Shown here: piece after piece, positions 19,991-30,646 of the stretch
How the letters are laid out: each line of letters opens with the position of its first letter
Position numbering within the stretch: position 1 is the first letter of the stretch
NCBI GenBank assembly: GCA_051531975.1
Contig: JAOPTT010000009.1
Span: 128,001 to 192,000, forward strand
Source of the DNA: Spirochaetaceae bacterium
GTDB lineage: Bacteria > Spirochaetota > Spirochaetia > DSM-2461
Direction of reading: 5' to 3'
Length of the DNA: 64,000 nucleotides
Notes under the pieces: model-generated
The model's input: the letters and a program-made list of their open reading frames with translations, nothing else
Told to the model about the DNA's origin: nothing
Database searches by the model: none
Made by a program: the position numbers and the translations under genes

Positions 19991-20791
19991 ATGAAAAAAA
20001 TAAGCATAATAATTTTAACCTCAATATTAAATTTAACCTCTCTTTTTGCTGCTAATAGCGAACTTGAAATAGAGTCTTTAACAGGTATAGATCTTGTTTT
20101 AGTTGAAGCCGGAACCTTCTATATGGGTTCAGAAAATGGTCAAGAAAATGAAAGACCAGTTCATATAGAAACAATATTAAAAGATTATTATATTGGTAAA
20201 TACGAAGTTACTCAGAAACTCTGGCAAAAAGTAATGGGGAATAACCCTTCTCAATTTAAAAATGATAATTCTCCGGTTGAAAAGGTCTCTTGGTATGAGA
20301 CTTTAGAGTTTTGTAATAAACTAAGTGAAATAGAAGGATTAACTCCAGCATACAATTTAGATGACGGACTTAATGATAAAAAGATAACTATAATTCCTAA
20401 TTCCACCGGTTATAGACTACCAACAGAAGTACAATGGGAATATGCGGCCAGAGGTGGAAATAAAAGTCTAAGATTTAAATTTTCTGGTGGCAATAATGTT
20501 AATAACGTTGGATGGTACGAAGGTAATTCTAAAAATATAACTCATCCCGTAGGATCAAAACAACCAAATGAACTTGGAATATATGATATGACTGGAAACG
20601 TATTTGAGTGGTGTTATAATTTCCTTAATTCTTATAAGAGAGGATTTCCAGATAACCCTTTTGACCATGCGATTAGAGGTGGAAGTTGGTACTATCACTC
20701 AAGTTATATGCATGTCTCATTTAGGTTTCCATTTAGTCCCCATGGCAGAGGTAATAACATAGGGTTTCGAATTAGTCGGCCTGTGAACTAG
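19991..20791 (+). CDS. Exported formylglycine-generating-enzyme (SUMF1/FGE-sulfatase) domain protein
   Basis: Signal peptide; FYMGS, EVTQ, RLPTEVQWEYAARGG, NELGIYDMTGNVFEW, RGGSW, GFR. Confidence 0.88.
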   Translation: MKKISIIILTSILNLTSLFAANSELEIESLTGIDLVLVEAGTFYMGSENGQENERPVHIETILKDYYIGKYEVTQKLWQKVMGNNPSQFKNDNSPVEKVSWYETLEFCNKLSEIEGLTPAYNLDDGLNDKKITIIPNSTGYRLPTEVQWEYAARGGNKSLRFKFSGGNNVNNVGWYEGNSKNITHPVGSKQPNELGIYDMTGNVFEWCYNFLNSYKRGFPDNPFDHAIRGGSWYYHSSYMHVSFRFPFSPHGRGNNIGFRISRPVN

Positions 20792-20861
20792 TTTAATAAT
20801 AATATATAGGAACTTCAGATTTATTTATGTAAACTTTAAGGCTTAAAACTTATGTTATTGA

Positions 20862-20917
20862 TAATATATTAGCGATACTATATTATTGTATTGGTTAATG
20901 GTAATATATTAGCGATA
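20862..20917 (+). promoter_or_regulatory. Tandem candidate operators upstream of hipB
   Basis: TAATATATTAGCGATA at 20862-20877 and 20902-20917 (40-bp period), each containing the palindrome TAATATATTA. Confidence 0.6.
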
Positions 20918-20935
20918 GTATAGGGAGGCCATATT

Positions 20936-21235
20936 GTGAGTTTTTCTTTGTTAACAACAACCGAAGTTGCAAAAAACTTATCTTTTAGGCTTAAACAACT
21001 TAGATTATTAAAAAAATGGAAAAGAACGACCCTTGCTAAGCGATCAGGAGTAACTGTATCATCTTTAATAAGGTTTGAGCAGGAATCTAAGATATCTTTA
21101 GACAATTTACTCAAGTTACTATTAGCCCTTGGCAGATTAAATGAGATTGAAAAACTACTTGAGCCACCAAAAGCTATGTCTATTGATGATCTTGATAAGA
21201 AAAACAGTGATCTGTCTAAAAGAGGTTTAATTTGA
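20936..21235 (+). CDS. hipB: XRE/HTH antitoxin (HipB-like)
   Basis: LKQLRL...LAKRSGVTVSSLIRFE..SKISLDNLL; GGAGG SD; overlaps hipA. Confidence 0.82.
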   Translation: MSFSLLTTTEVAKNLSFRLKQLRLLKKWKRTTLAKRSGVTVSSLIRFEQESKISLDNLLKLLLALGRLNEIEKLLEPPKAMSIDDLDKKNSDLSKRGLI

Positions 21236-22449
21236 AACGGCTAAAAGTCTATTTAACCTTTAATAAAAATAGTGAAACGCTTGTAGGTGAATTAGCAGAG
21301 AATAATCACACAATATATTTCCAGTATGATTCAAGTTTTGTTGATAGTCCCTATAATTTATCCCCATATAAGCTTCCTCTAACCACTGAACTTATAGAAT
21401 TCAAAGATCTGGATTTTGGTCCTATTTTTGGCCTATTTGATGACTCTCTTCCTGATGGCTGGGGGCTTATGCTTATGGATAGATATCTTAAAAGTAAAGG
21501 GTTCACTATAGAAGAGTTATCTATTTTAGATCGCCTGGCTTTTATTGGAAATAATACTATGGGAGCTTTAACATATAAGCCCGTACTAGAAGTTAAAGCA
21601 GAAAATTCAGATAGTTTTAATCTTCATAATTTATTTATAGAATCACAAAATATTATAACAGGTAAAACTGAAACTGTTTTAGATGAGTTAATGAGAGTTG
21701 GTGGAAGCCCTGGAGGTGCTAGACCAAAAGTTTTAGTTGGTGTTGGTAATAATTGTCTAATTTCAGGCGAGGGGATATTACCTGACATCTATGAACATTG
21801 GATAATAAAATTCTGTGGTCAAGGTGATTTAAAAGAGTCAGGGCTTATAGAGTATGTATACTCGTTTATGGCAAAAGAGTGTGGCATTGATATCCCTGAA
21901 ACTAAGCTATTTACAACCGATAAAGGAGATATCTTTTTTGGTATTAAGCGATTTGATAGAGGGCCCCATAACAGTAGATATCATACACATACATTAGGGA
22001 ATCTTATACATTCTAACTTTAGAATACCCTCTTGTGATTATGAGACATTATTTAAAGTTATAAGTAGTTTAACAAATAACTATCAGGATCTACTTAAAGG
22101 TTTCAGGCAGATGGTTTTTAATGTTTTTACCCATAATAGAGATGACCATGTTAAGAATTTCTCATTTATAATGAACCAGAAAGGGGTGTGGTCTCTATCC
22201 CCAGCATATGATCTAACTTTTTCCAACGGCCCTAGAGGTGAACACTCTATGACCATAGATGGGGAGGGTAAATCTCCAACTATAAATAATATGTTAAATG
22301 TAGGTAAAAATGCAGGAATCAAAAAAAATGATTGTGAAACAATTATAAAACAGATAACCAAGGTAGTATCAAACTGGCCAAAATATGCAAAAAAATATGA
22401 TATTAGTAGTAAAACTATAGATATTATAAGTGGAAAGATTATTAAGTAA
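21232..22449 (+). CDS. hipA: HipA family Ser/Thr kinase toxin
   Basis: Couple_hipA N-terminus (DSLPDGWG), GSPGGARPK, KRFDR, NRDDHVKNFS, LSPAYD. Confidence 0.93.
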   Translation: MKRLKVYLTFNKNSETLVGELAENNHTIYFQYDSSFVDSPYNLSPYKLPLTTELIEFKDLDFGPIFGLFDDSLPDGWGLMLMDRYLKSKGFTIEELSILDRLAFIGNNTMGALTYKPVLEVKAENSDSFNLHNLFIESQNIITGKTETVLDELMRVGGSPGGARPKVLVGVGNNCLISGEGILPDIYEHWIIKFCGQGDLKESGLIEYVYSFMAKECGIDIPETKLFTTDKGDIFFGIKRFDRGPHNSRYHTHTLGNLIHSNFRIPSCDYETLFKVISSLTNNYQDLLKGFRQMVFNVFTHNRDDHVKNFSFIMNQKGVWSLSPAYDLTFSNGPRGEHSMTIDGEGKSPTINNMLNVGKNAGIKKNDCETIIKQITKVVSNWPKYAKKYDISSKTIDIISGKIIK

Positions 22450-22706
22450 TATTTACACAAAATATAAATAATAATCGGCGATTTTCGATTATTGTAGAGA
22501 TATCTTATTTGACTGGAACAGAAGTGGTGCTAGAGGATTATATACATAATTTTGTGAAATCTTATTTATGTTTTATTGTAATACAATTGTAAATGAATAA
22601 TTTGAACAGCAATATTAAATGTTTGACAAACGTCAAATTTAAAATATATAGTAATTATTATTAAAAAGTAAATTATGTAATATAAAATCCTTTAAGGAAG
22701 TTTATC

Positions 22707-25532
22707 ATGAAAAAAAATCTTTCACTAATTTTTATTTTCTTACTCATTAGTATTTCTTTATATTGTCAAGAACCACCTAGTAACGCTATTTTAAGACCGA
22801 ATCTTTCAATGCATTCATCTAGAATTTCAAGAATTGATACTAATGGACAATTTATTGTAACTGCTTCTGACGATAAAACAGCTAAGTTATGGGATGGGGA
22901 AACAGGAGAATACATAAGGACATTTAGAGTTCCAATCGATCAGGGGCGTGTTGGTGAAATTTATGCATGTGCAATTTCTCCAGATGGAAACACCGTAGTA
23001 GTCGCAGGTTATTCTGAATTTGATACAATATACTTTTTTAATACTTATACGGGTAAAATGATAAGTAAAATAGATGGTATGGGTAATGTTATTAAAGATT
23101 TAGAGTATTCAAAAGATGGAAGATATATTGCAGCGGCAATACATGGTAAAAATGATGTTAGAATATTTTCTGCAACAACGCTCAAACTTTATAAATCCTT
23201 AAGTGGAAATGAAGCGTCAATAATTAATGTTGATTTTGATAATACAGGTCGATTTGCAACAGTATCTGATGATAGGTATATCAGACTATATGATAAAAAT
23301 TTCAATCTATTAAAAAAAATAATTACTACAGGGGGTAATGAACCTTCAAGCATATCATTCTCCCCAGTAGGGGGAAAAATAGCTATAGGTTATTTTGATT
23401 CATCAAAGATACAAGTGTTAGATAGTCTAAGTTTAAAATTACTTTATGAACCAGATAATAGTAAAACATATAGGGATTCAGCATTTTCGGTTGTGTGTTG
23501 GTCAACAGATGGGGAATTTCTATTTGCTGGAGGTACACATAATAAAGTTATTGATAGCGAAAGGGTCTATTATATTAGAAAATATAATGATGGAGGAAAA
23601 GGTCCATGGGTCGATTTTAAAACTAGTTATAACACTATAAAAGAAATTAAATTAATATTTAATGATATTGTATTTGCAACAACTAAACCTAACATGGGAA
23701 GGATGGATTATTACGGAAATGTTAAATATGATAATTTAGCAAATATTTTAAATTTTAATAATTATCAAGATAAGTTCTTTAGCTTATATCCTAATAGCAT
23801 AAGTTTTGGACCTCGTGGCATCAGAAATTATACCTTCAATGTTAAAGACCAAAAATTAAGTTTAGGTAATAATGGAGGGAATTTACCCAAAAGTAGTAAA
23901 AATAGTATATCAATAACTAATTGGAGAGATCAGACACATCCTAAAATAAATGGTAAAAGGATTACTTTTCAAAAAAAATATGAAATATTTCGAAATGTTT
24001 CAATTACTGATAAAGATACTATTATATGGGGTACTTCTTGGAATATATATCACACAGATAAAGAGGGAAACCTCCTATGGAAAAAAGCTTCAAATGGTGA
24101 GGCTTTTGGAGTTAATACTCTAGATAATATTGTCGTTGTATCTTCAGCTAATGGAACCATTAGTTGGTATAGGTTATCTGATGGTAAAGAACTTATGACA
24201 CTTCTAGTAAACAATGATATGAAGCGTTGGGTCTTATGGACACCTGAAGGTTATTTTACATGTTCTCCCGGAGGACAAGATCTTATTGGTTGGCATAAAA
24301 ATAATGGAGTAGATCATGAGGCAGACTTCTTTCCTGCTTCTAGATTTGCTGAGAGATTTTATAGACCAGATATTCTATCACTTGTGCTTAAAGCTATGGA
24401 TACCACAAAGGCAATAGTACAGGCAAATTCCATTAAAAATATAAAAGTTGTTCACACAATAAATGATAGTTTACCTCCAGTTGTTCAAATATTAGATCCC
24501 TCTAGTGGAGTTATTTCTAAATCTAAAGATATTTCCTTCACTGTTTCAATAAAATCATTTGAAAATTCTCCAGTTACAGAGACTAAAATATTATTAAATG
24601 GTCGAATTTATGAAGGTGGAGAAAGAGGGTTTATTGTAAAGGCACGAGATGACATTAATAAAAGTTATAATGTCAGTTTAGAGCCTGGCGAAAATAAAGT
24701 ATCCTTCTTAGCTAAAAATAATAGTGGGTGGAGTGAAGCTTCAACTGTAAATGTAATATATAAATATAATAAAAAGAATATAAATGATAAACCAAAGTTA
24801 TATATTCTCGCAGTTGGTGTATCAGATTACGCAGATAGAGCTTTAAAACTAAAATACCCTGCTAAAGATGCTAATGACTTTACCAATGTTATGATGAAAC
24901 AGATAGACAAAGTTTATAGTGGCGTCGAAACTAAATTAATAACGAATGCGAAAGCAACAAAAGATAACATCTTAGATGGGTTAGACTGGATTCAAAAAGA
25001 GACCACATCAAAAGATATTGCCATGATTTTTGTTGCAGGACATGGAATGAATGATGAATCAGGTTATCTTTATTATCTTCCTCAGGATGTTGAATTAGAT
25101 AGATTAAGAAGAACAGGACTACCAGCAGAAGAAATAACTAGAACAATCTCTTCTATTCAAGGGAAAGTTATTTATTTTATGGATACTTGTCACAGTGGTA
25201 ATTTGAAAATTAAAGGAAAAGAAGATGTATTAGTAGATACAACAAAAGTTGTTATAGAACTTACAAGTGCAGAAAATGGAGCAATTATATTTGCTTCTTC
25301 AACTGGAAGGCAATATTCTCTTGAGAGTGATAAATGGCAAAATGGAGCTTTTACTAAAGCACTCGTAGAAGGTTTAAGTGGAAAAGCTGATTATACAGGT
25401 AGAGGAAATATTTCTTTTTTAATGCTAGATTTATATTTATCTGAGAGAGTTAAAGAGTTAACGGGTGGATCTCAAACTCCTACCTCAGCAAAACCTGACA
25501 TGATTAGTGATTTCTCATTGGCTATTAAATAA
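22707..25532 (+). CDS. Exported WD40-repeat / Ig-like / caspase (peptidase C14) domain protein
   Basis: Signal peptide; WD40 repeats (VTASDDKTAKLWD); C-terminal LYILAVGVSDY, FVAGHG, MDTCHSG, GAFTKAL. Confidence 0.88.
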   Translation: MKKNLSLIFIFLLISISLYCQEPPSNAILRPNLSMHSSRISRIDTNGQFIVTASDDKTAKLWDGETGEYIRTFRVPIDQGRVGEIYACAISPDGNTVVVAGYSEFDTIYFFNTYTGKMISKIDGMGNVIKDLEYSKDGRYIAAAIHGKNDVRIFSATTLKLYKSLSGNEASIINVDFDNTGRFATVSDDRYIRLYDKNFNLLKKIITTGGNEPSSISFSPVGGKIAIGYFDSSKIQVLDSLSLKLLYEPDNSKTYRDSAFSVVCWSTDGEFLFAGGTHNKVIDSERVYYIRKYNDGGKGPWVDFKTSYNTIKEIKLIFNDIVFATTKPNMGRMDYYGNVKYDNLANILNFNNYQDKFFSLYPNSISFGPRGIRNYTFNVKDQKLSLGNNGGNLPKSSKNSISITNWRDQTHPKINGKRITFQKKYEIFRNVSITDKDTIIWGTSWNIYHTDKEGNLLWKKASNGEAFGVNTLDNIVVVSSANGTISWYRLSDGKELMTLLVNNDMKRWVLWTPEGYFTCSPGGQDLIGWHKNNGVDHEADFFPASRFAERFYRPDILSLVLKAMDTTKAIVQANSIKNIKVVHTINDSLPPVVQILDPSSGVISKSKDISFTVSIKSFENSPVTETKILLNGRIYEGGERGFIVKARDDINKSYNVSLEPGENKVSFLAKNNSGWSEASTVNVIYKYNKKNINDKPKLYILAVGVSDYADRALKLKYPAKDANDFTNVMMKQIDKVYSGVETKLITNAKATKDNILDGLDWIQKETTSKDIAMIFVAGHGMNDESGYLYYLPQDVELDRLRRTGLPAEEITRTISSIQGKVIYFMDTCHSGNLKIKGKEDVLVDTTKVVIELTSAENGAIIFASSTGRQYSLESDKWQNGAFTKALVEGLSGKADYTGRGNISFLMLDLYLSERVKELTGGSQTPTSAKPDMISDFSLAIK

Positions 25533-25565
25533 TTAAGAGTTATTTCAAATACAAAATATTTAATA

Positions 25566-26708
25566 TTAAAGAGATAACTCAATAATTTGATATAACTCAT
25601 CTTCAGTTAACAGTATTGTATTACCCTTCATGGAACTAGAATCCTTAGACATTAAAACAATGTTATCTATATCCTCTTTCTTAATTCCAAACTTACTTAG
25701 ATTAGGGATATTAAGTTCCTTTGTTAGGTCTTCTACTATTTTTATTGCTAAGTTAGGATCATCATGTCCTGTTAAGATGGTTGCAAGTTCCTTAAACTTA
25801 TTTAATTGCTGCACTGTTCCACGTTTTATAACAGCATAGTAGTTAACTTTTAATACCCTAGGTAGAAGAATTGCACAAATTAGACCATGGGGAATGTTAT
25901 ATAGACCTCCCATTGGACCTGCAAAACCGTGAACTGCACCTAGTTTTGCATTTGCTAAGGCTAAGCCACCAATTAGACTAACATAAGACATATCTTCTCT
26001 AGCTTTTAAGTCCTGAAGGTTCTTATTTAGGTCTTTAAGAGCTGGAACCGCTTTTAATATAGCATCTTTACAAAGTAGGTCAGTAAAGTGATTACTCTGG
26101 TTAGATAAATAAGGTTCAATTACCTGGGTTAATGCATCCATCCCTGTGTAGAAAGTTACATCTTTTGGAACTGTTAGCGTTAGTTCTGGATCAATTATAA
26201 CAATCTCTGGGATCATGAATGGACTTCGCATACTTACTTTTCTATTGTGCTCCACAGATTTTAACACAGAGTTTTTGGTAACCTCTGAACCAGTACCAGA
26301 AGTTGTTGGAACAGCAATGCAAGGAATTGACGGATCGTATAAAGTTTGACCACCACCTATAACTTCTAAGTAGTCTAAAACAGTTCCTGGGTTTAAAAGC
26401 ATGATACTAACAGCTTTAGCTGTATCAATAACACTTCCTCCACCTAAAGCTAAAACCAAGTCTGTTGATTTTGATCTTGCTAGATCTACTGCAGTATCAA
26501 CATCTTCAATTAGAGGTTCCTGGCCTACATTAAAAACAGTGCATTTAATACCGTTCTCTTCTAGGTTATCTAGAATGTAAGTAAACCTATTAGATTTACC
26601 TGTAATTACTATAATATTATCTGTTAATGGTTTTATTATATTTAATAACTCTTTAACTTTACCTGAGCCAAAGATTATTTTTGCTGGGCTTTCAAAATTA
26701 AAGTTCAT
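25566..26708 (-). CDS. Iron-containing alcohol dehydrogenase
   Basis: ALGGGSVIDTAK, PTTSGTGSEVT, DPEL, GAVHG, HGL; start at ATG 26708. Confidence 0.92.
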   Translation of the reverse strand: MNFNFESPAKIIFGSGKVKELLNIIKPLTDNIIVITGKSNRFTYILDNLEENGIKCTVFNVGQEPLIEDVDTAVDLARSKSTDLVLALGGGSVIDTAKAVSIMLLNPGTVLDYLEVIGGGQTLYDPSIPCIAVPTTSGTGSEVTKNSVLKSVEHNRKVSMRSPFMIPEIVIIDPELTLTVPKDVTFYTGMDALTQVIEPYLSNQSNHFTDLLCKDAILKAVPALKDLNKNLQDLKAREDMSYVSLIGGLALANAKLGAVHGFAGPMGGLYNIPHGLICAILLPRVLKVNYYAVIKRGTVQQLNKFKELATILTGHDDPNLAIKIVEDLTKELNIPNLSKFGIKKEDIDNIVLMSKDSSSMKGNTILLTEDELYQIIELSL

Positions 26709-27009
26709 AGTTTGTATCCTTAGTATATATTTGTGAATATTTTTCATTAGTTCGTGGTTTTTCCATCATATCAGCAACAGTATCTCTCCACTTTTTATAA
26801 TGTTCTGTTTCTTTATGAAGTGCTGGTGCATCTAATGTTTTGTAGACTTCAACTAACATAAATTGCTTAGGGTCAGCAATATTTTGTATAATGTCAAAAC
26901 GAATAATTCCATCCTCTTTATTACTTCCATTAGCATTCTCGACTGATGCATTAATAAAATCCTGAATGTTTTCCTCTTTTACGTATACTTTTACATTTAC
27001 TGTTAACAT
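26698..27009 (-). CDS. Antibiotic biosynthesis monooxygenase / LsrG-like cofactor-free enzyme
   Basis: E.G..RFD.IQ, FMLVEVY, HKETEHYKKWR. Confidence 0.85.
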   Translation of the reverse strand: MLTVNVKVYVKEENIQDFINASVENANGSNKEDGIIRFDIIQNIADPKQFMLVEVYKTLDAPALHKETEHYKKWRDTVADMMEKPRTNEKYSQIYTKDTNYEL

Positions 27010-27159
27010 ATAATTATCCTTTTTATCTATGTGTAGTTTAATTATGAAGTATTATTCTTTAAAAAAAAAGATTAACATAAAATTATATAGAAAATTATCA
27101 TGGTTGTAATTACTTAACCTATATGGTATTTCTATCAGAACTTAAGGAGATAGTGTTAT

Positions 27160-28488
27160 ATGAGTCATGATAAACATATTTTTAAAGGCGATTTCCCTTT
27201 TTCAGTCAAAAAAATACCATTTTATTATGGTTGGATTATATTAGTTGCAGGTGCTTTAGGTATACTGTTCAGTATCCCAGGTCAAACTATGGGTGTCTCT
27301 GTTTATACTGATCATTTAATTAAAAACTTAACTTTAACAAGAATTCAAATATCTACAGCATATATGATAGGAACATTAGCAAGTGCTCTTGTTATGACTA
27401 ATGCAGGACTTTTTTACGATAAATACGGAGCAAGAATAACTGCAGCTGGAGCCTCATTTTTTCTCGGGTTATGTATAATTTTCCTTTCTAAATCAGTAGT
27501 TATTACAGGATTTATATATAATTTAACAAAACTTCCACCACAGGGAATAGCTTTTGTTTTAATGGTTTTAGGTTTTTTTGGTATACGTTTTTTTGGTCAA
27601 GGTGTATTAACCTTAGTATCCCGTGGAATGGTCATGAGATGGTTTGATAAACATAGAGGTTTTGCAGCAGCTATAATGGGTATCTTTACGTCTTTTGGAT
27701 TCTCATATGCTCCAAGGATTTTACAAGCTTTAATTGATATGTCTAGTTGGGAAAAGTCTTGGTTAATTATAGGTATTGTTTTAATGGTAGCTGTTCTTCC
27801 TTTTATACTTTTAATTTTTAGGGACAGCCCTGAAGATTGTGATATCGAGATGGAAGCTGGTGTTAAAATTAAAACAGGGAGTAAACATAAAAAGGCTGAA
27901 GTAGAGAAGAATTTTACATTAGCACAGGCTAAAAAAGACCCACAGTTATGGTTTTATTTGGCAATCTTATTTTTCTGGGCAATGTATAATACAGCTTTTA
28001 CATTCCATGTTACATCTATTTTTGGAGCCTTAGGTAAAAGTCCGTTACAAGCGGTGGCAATATTTTTACCAATATCAATAATATCCGTAATAGCACGGTT
28101 TTTAGGTAGTTGGTTAAGTGATATTATTAAAATGAAATATATCTACTTTTCACTAATTATCTTTACATTTTTAGCATCTTTCTCGGTAGCAATACCATTT
28201 AATTCTGTAACAAATATACTTCTTATAGTTGGTATGGGAATGGCTTCGGGGATATTTGGAGTTGTTACATCTGTTACTTGGCCAAAATTATATGGAAGGG
28301 AACATTTAGGTGCGATTTCAGGCTTGGCAATGAGCTTTATGGTTGCAGGAAGTGCTGTTGGACCCTGGATGTTTAGTTTAATGGAAAGTATTTGGGGACA
28401 TTATAGATATACAGGTGTTGTTGGTATGGCTATGGTCTTAATAATTGGTCTTACTAGTCTACCTATAATATTGAAATCTGATTCATAA
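27160..28488 (+). CDS. MFS transporter
   Basis: About 12 TM segments; PFYYGW, PGQT, motif-A-like GLFYDKYGAR, YGREHLGAISG. Confidence 0.9.
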   Translation: MSHDKHIFKGDFPFSVKKIPFYYGWIILVAGALGILFSIPGQTMGVSVYTDHLIKNLTLTRIQISTAYMIGTLASALVMTNAGLFYDKYGARITAAGASFFLGLCIIFLSKSVVITGFIYNLTKLPPQGIAFVLMVLGFFGIRFFGQGVLTLVSRGMVMRWFDKHRGFAAAIMGIFTSFGFSYAPRILQALIDMSSWEKSWLIIGIVLMVAVLPFILLIFRDSPEDCDIEMEAGVKIKTGSKHKKAEVEKNFTLAQAKKDPQLWFYLAILFFWAMYNTAFTFHVTSIFGALGKSPLQAVAIFLPISIISVIARFLGSWLSDIIKMKYIYFSLIIFTFLASFSVAIPFNSVTNILLIVGMGMASGIFGVVTSVTWPKLYGREHLGAISGLAMSFMVAGSAVGPWMFSLMESIWGHYRYTGVVGMAMVLIIGLTSLPIILKSDS

Positions 28489-28545
28489 AATATTTTTTTA
28501 AAATTTTGATGTGCAAACTGAACTAAGGGGAATTATAATAATTAT

Positions 28546-30564
28546 ATGAACTTTAAAATAAAGCTCTTTATATACATTTTTTTTATAATAAATATCTCAC
28601 TATTCTCTGAAGATTATTCTGAAATTGATTTTAAATATGACACTGTGGAATTAAGATGTTGTGCTGATTTTTATTGGGATCAAATCATCTATCCTACTGA
28701 TGCCTTTCCAGAAAGCAGTAAGAAGGTTACTTTCCCATACGATTGGAGTACAGATCCTGATTGCTCAGAGTGGGGCGAGGGTACATTTAAAACGACAATA
28801 AAAGTACCAAGAGAAAATTATAAACTAGGTATAAAACTATTTTATACTTTTAATAGCATAAGACTGTTTGTTAACGGAGATCTTGCCCTAGAATATGGTA
28901 TAAAAAATGGTGAAAATATAGAAAGTCATCAGCGTCAAGGTTCTGTCATTGTAGAGCTCCCAGATACTGAAGAAATAGAACTTATTTTTCATGTATATAA
29001 TTATGATGATAATTTTGGTGGGATATTAAAAGCTCCAGAGATTGGTCGGTATGACATTTTAAGTAAAAATCAGAATAGCACTATTATTTTTGAGGCATTT
29101 TTATTTGGAATGTTATTAATTACTGGGATGTTATACTGTAGCTTTTATATAAGTAAAAAGGACGATCCCTCGGCACTGTTTTTTGGACTATTTGCCATAG
29201 TTTTAGCATTTAGAACAGCTCTATATGGCGAGCATATTTTTGCACGAATTTTAAGTGATTTTCCACAAGAACTTGAAGCCACGTTAGGGCATCTTACATT
29301 CTATTTAGCTATTCCACTTTTTATAAAATTTATAGCAGAAGCATATACGTTTAGAAGATCTAAAATTATGGTCTACGGTATAAGTATTGTTAGTAGTATT
29401 TATATAGTTTTAGCAATAACAACTCCACATAGTTTCTATATTCAGTTTTTATCTATCTACCAAATTATAAGTATGTTATGTACCTTTTTTGCTGTTTATA
29501 TAATAATTAAAAGAGCCATAAAAGGGAATCAAGATGCTATCGTTACTCTTTGTGGTCTCACAGTATTGGTCTTAGCTGCAATTAACGATATTCTGTTTTC
29601 TCAGCAAATAGTTACTACATTTCATATGACTCCTGCGGGTATGATAATATTTGTAATGTCACAGGCACTTCTTCTAAGTTGGAATATAGCAAAAGCGTTT
29701 TCTAAATCTGAAAAACTTGCAGAAGAATTAACTTTTGCAAATATATCTTTTAAACGATTTGTTCCAGAAGAATTTCTTAAAATATTAGATAGAACCCAGG
29801 TTTCAGAAGTTGTATTAGGTGATCATACTCAACTTGAAATGACAATAATGTTTTGTGATATCAGAGACTTTACAACTCTTTCCGAAAAAATGTCTCCTAA
29901 AGAGAATTTTATGTTTATTAACTCATTTTTAGAGAGAATAGGTCCAGTTATTAGAAAAAATGGTGGGTTTATAGACAAATATATGGGGGATGGAATAATG
30001 TCCCTATTCCCTGGAGGGGCTGATACAGCAATAGATGCAGCTCTTTCAATGTTAGATGAATTAGAGGTATATAATAAACACCGTGGAAACTCAGGATACG
30101 ATAGTATTAATCTAGGAATAGGAATAAATACTGGTTCTCTAATGCTTGGGACAATCGGCGAGAATGAGAGAATGGATGGAACAGTTATATCGGATGCTGT
30201 TAATATATGTTCTAGAATCGAGTCTATAACTAAAGAGTACGGTTTAAGCATAGCAATAAGTGAAGAAACTTATCTGAGTCTAAAAGATAAAGAGAGACTA
30301 GAAGTAAGAAATATAGGTAAGATTTTATTAAAAGGTAAAAAGAAAGTAGTCTCTGTATTTGAACTTTTTAGCCATAACCTTCCTGAAATTGTAAAATTAA
30401 AAAAAGAGTTTAGACCCGCATTTGAGTCCGCTATAGAACTTTATGAACACAGCCATTTTAGTGATGCAAAAAAAATATTTGAAGAAATTCTTGCTAAGTT
30501 CCCAGAAGATTTTACCTGTAAAAGTTATATTGAAAAAATCAATTTTAACCTAAATTTAGTTTAA
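28546..30564 (+). CDS. Class III adenylate cyclase with extracellular sensor and 7TM-DISM-like membrane domain
   Basis: RFVP, MFCDIRDFT, DKYMGDG, TVISDAVNICSRIES; N-terminal signal plus TM bundle. Confidence 0.9.
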   Translation: MNFKIKLFIYIFFIINISLFSEDYSEIDFKYDTVELRCCADFYWDQIIYPTDAFPESSKKVTFPYDWSTDPDCSEWGEGTFKTTIKVPRENYKLGIKLFYTFNSIRLFVNGDLALEYGIKNGENIESHQRQGSVIVELPDTEEIELIFHVYNYDDNFGGILKAPEIGRYDILSKNQNSTIIFEAFLFGMLLITGMLYCSFYISKKDDPSALFFGLFAIVLAFRTALYGEHIFARILSDFPQELEATLGHLTFYLAIPLFIKFIAEAYTFRRSKIMVYGISIVSSIYIVLAITTPHSFYIQFLSIYQIISMLCTFFAVYIIIKRAIKGNQDAIVTLCGLTVLVLAAINDILFSQQIVTTFHMTPAGMIIFVMSQALLLSWNIAKAFSKSEKLAEELTFANISFKRFVPEEFLKILDRTQVSEVVLGDHTQLEMTIMFCDIRDFTTLSEKMSPKENFMFINSFLERIGPVIRKNGGFIDKYMGDGIMSLFPGGADTAIDAALSMLDELEVYNKHRGNSGYDSINLGIGINTGSLMLGTIGENERMDGTVISDAVNICSRIESITKEYGLSIAISEETYLSLKDKERLEVRNIGKILLKGKKKVVSVFELFSHNLPEIVKLKKEFRPAFESAIELYEHSHFSDAKKIFEEILAKFPEDFTCKSYIEKINFNLNLV

Positions 30565-30646
30565 TCTGAGTATCATTATTAGAACCTGAAACCCTTTATA
30601 TTTGTTATCTTTTAATTTAAAATAACTTTAAGAGTGAGGTATTAAT

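Noticed and set aside
19991..20791. FGE/C-type-lectin-fold gene as a diversity-generating retroelement target, or as a true formylglycine-generating enzyme
   Set aside because: No template repeat or reverse transcriptase was seen in the window. The catalytic Cys pair after RGGSW is absent, so it is not an active FGE either.
20862..20917. CRISPR-like repeat pair
   Set aside because: Only two 16-bp copies and no cas genes; better explained as operators
19929..25565. FGE-hipBA-caspase block as a mobile island
   Set aside because: No integrase, transposase, tRNA or flanking direct repeats were seen; accessory character alone is not enough
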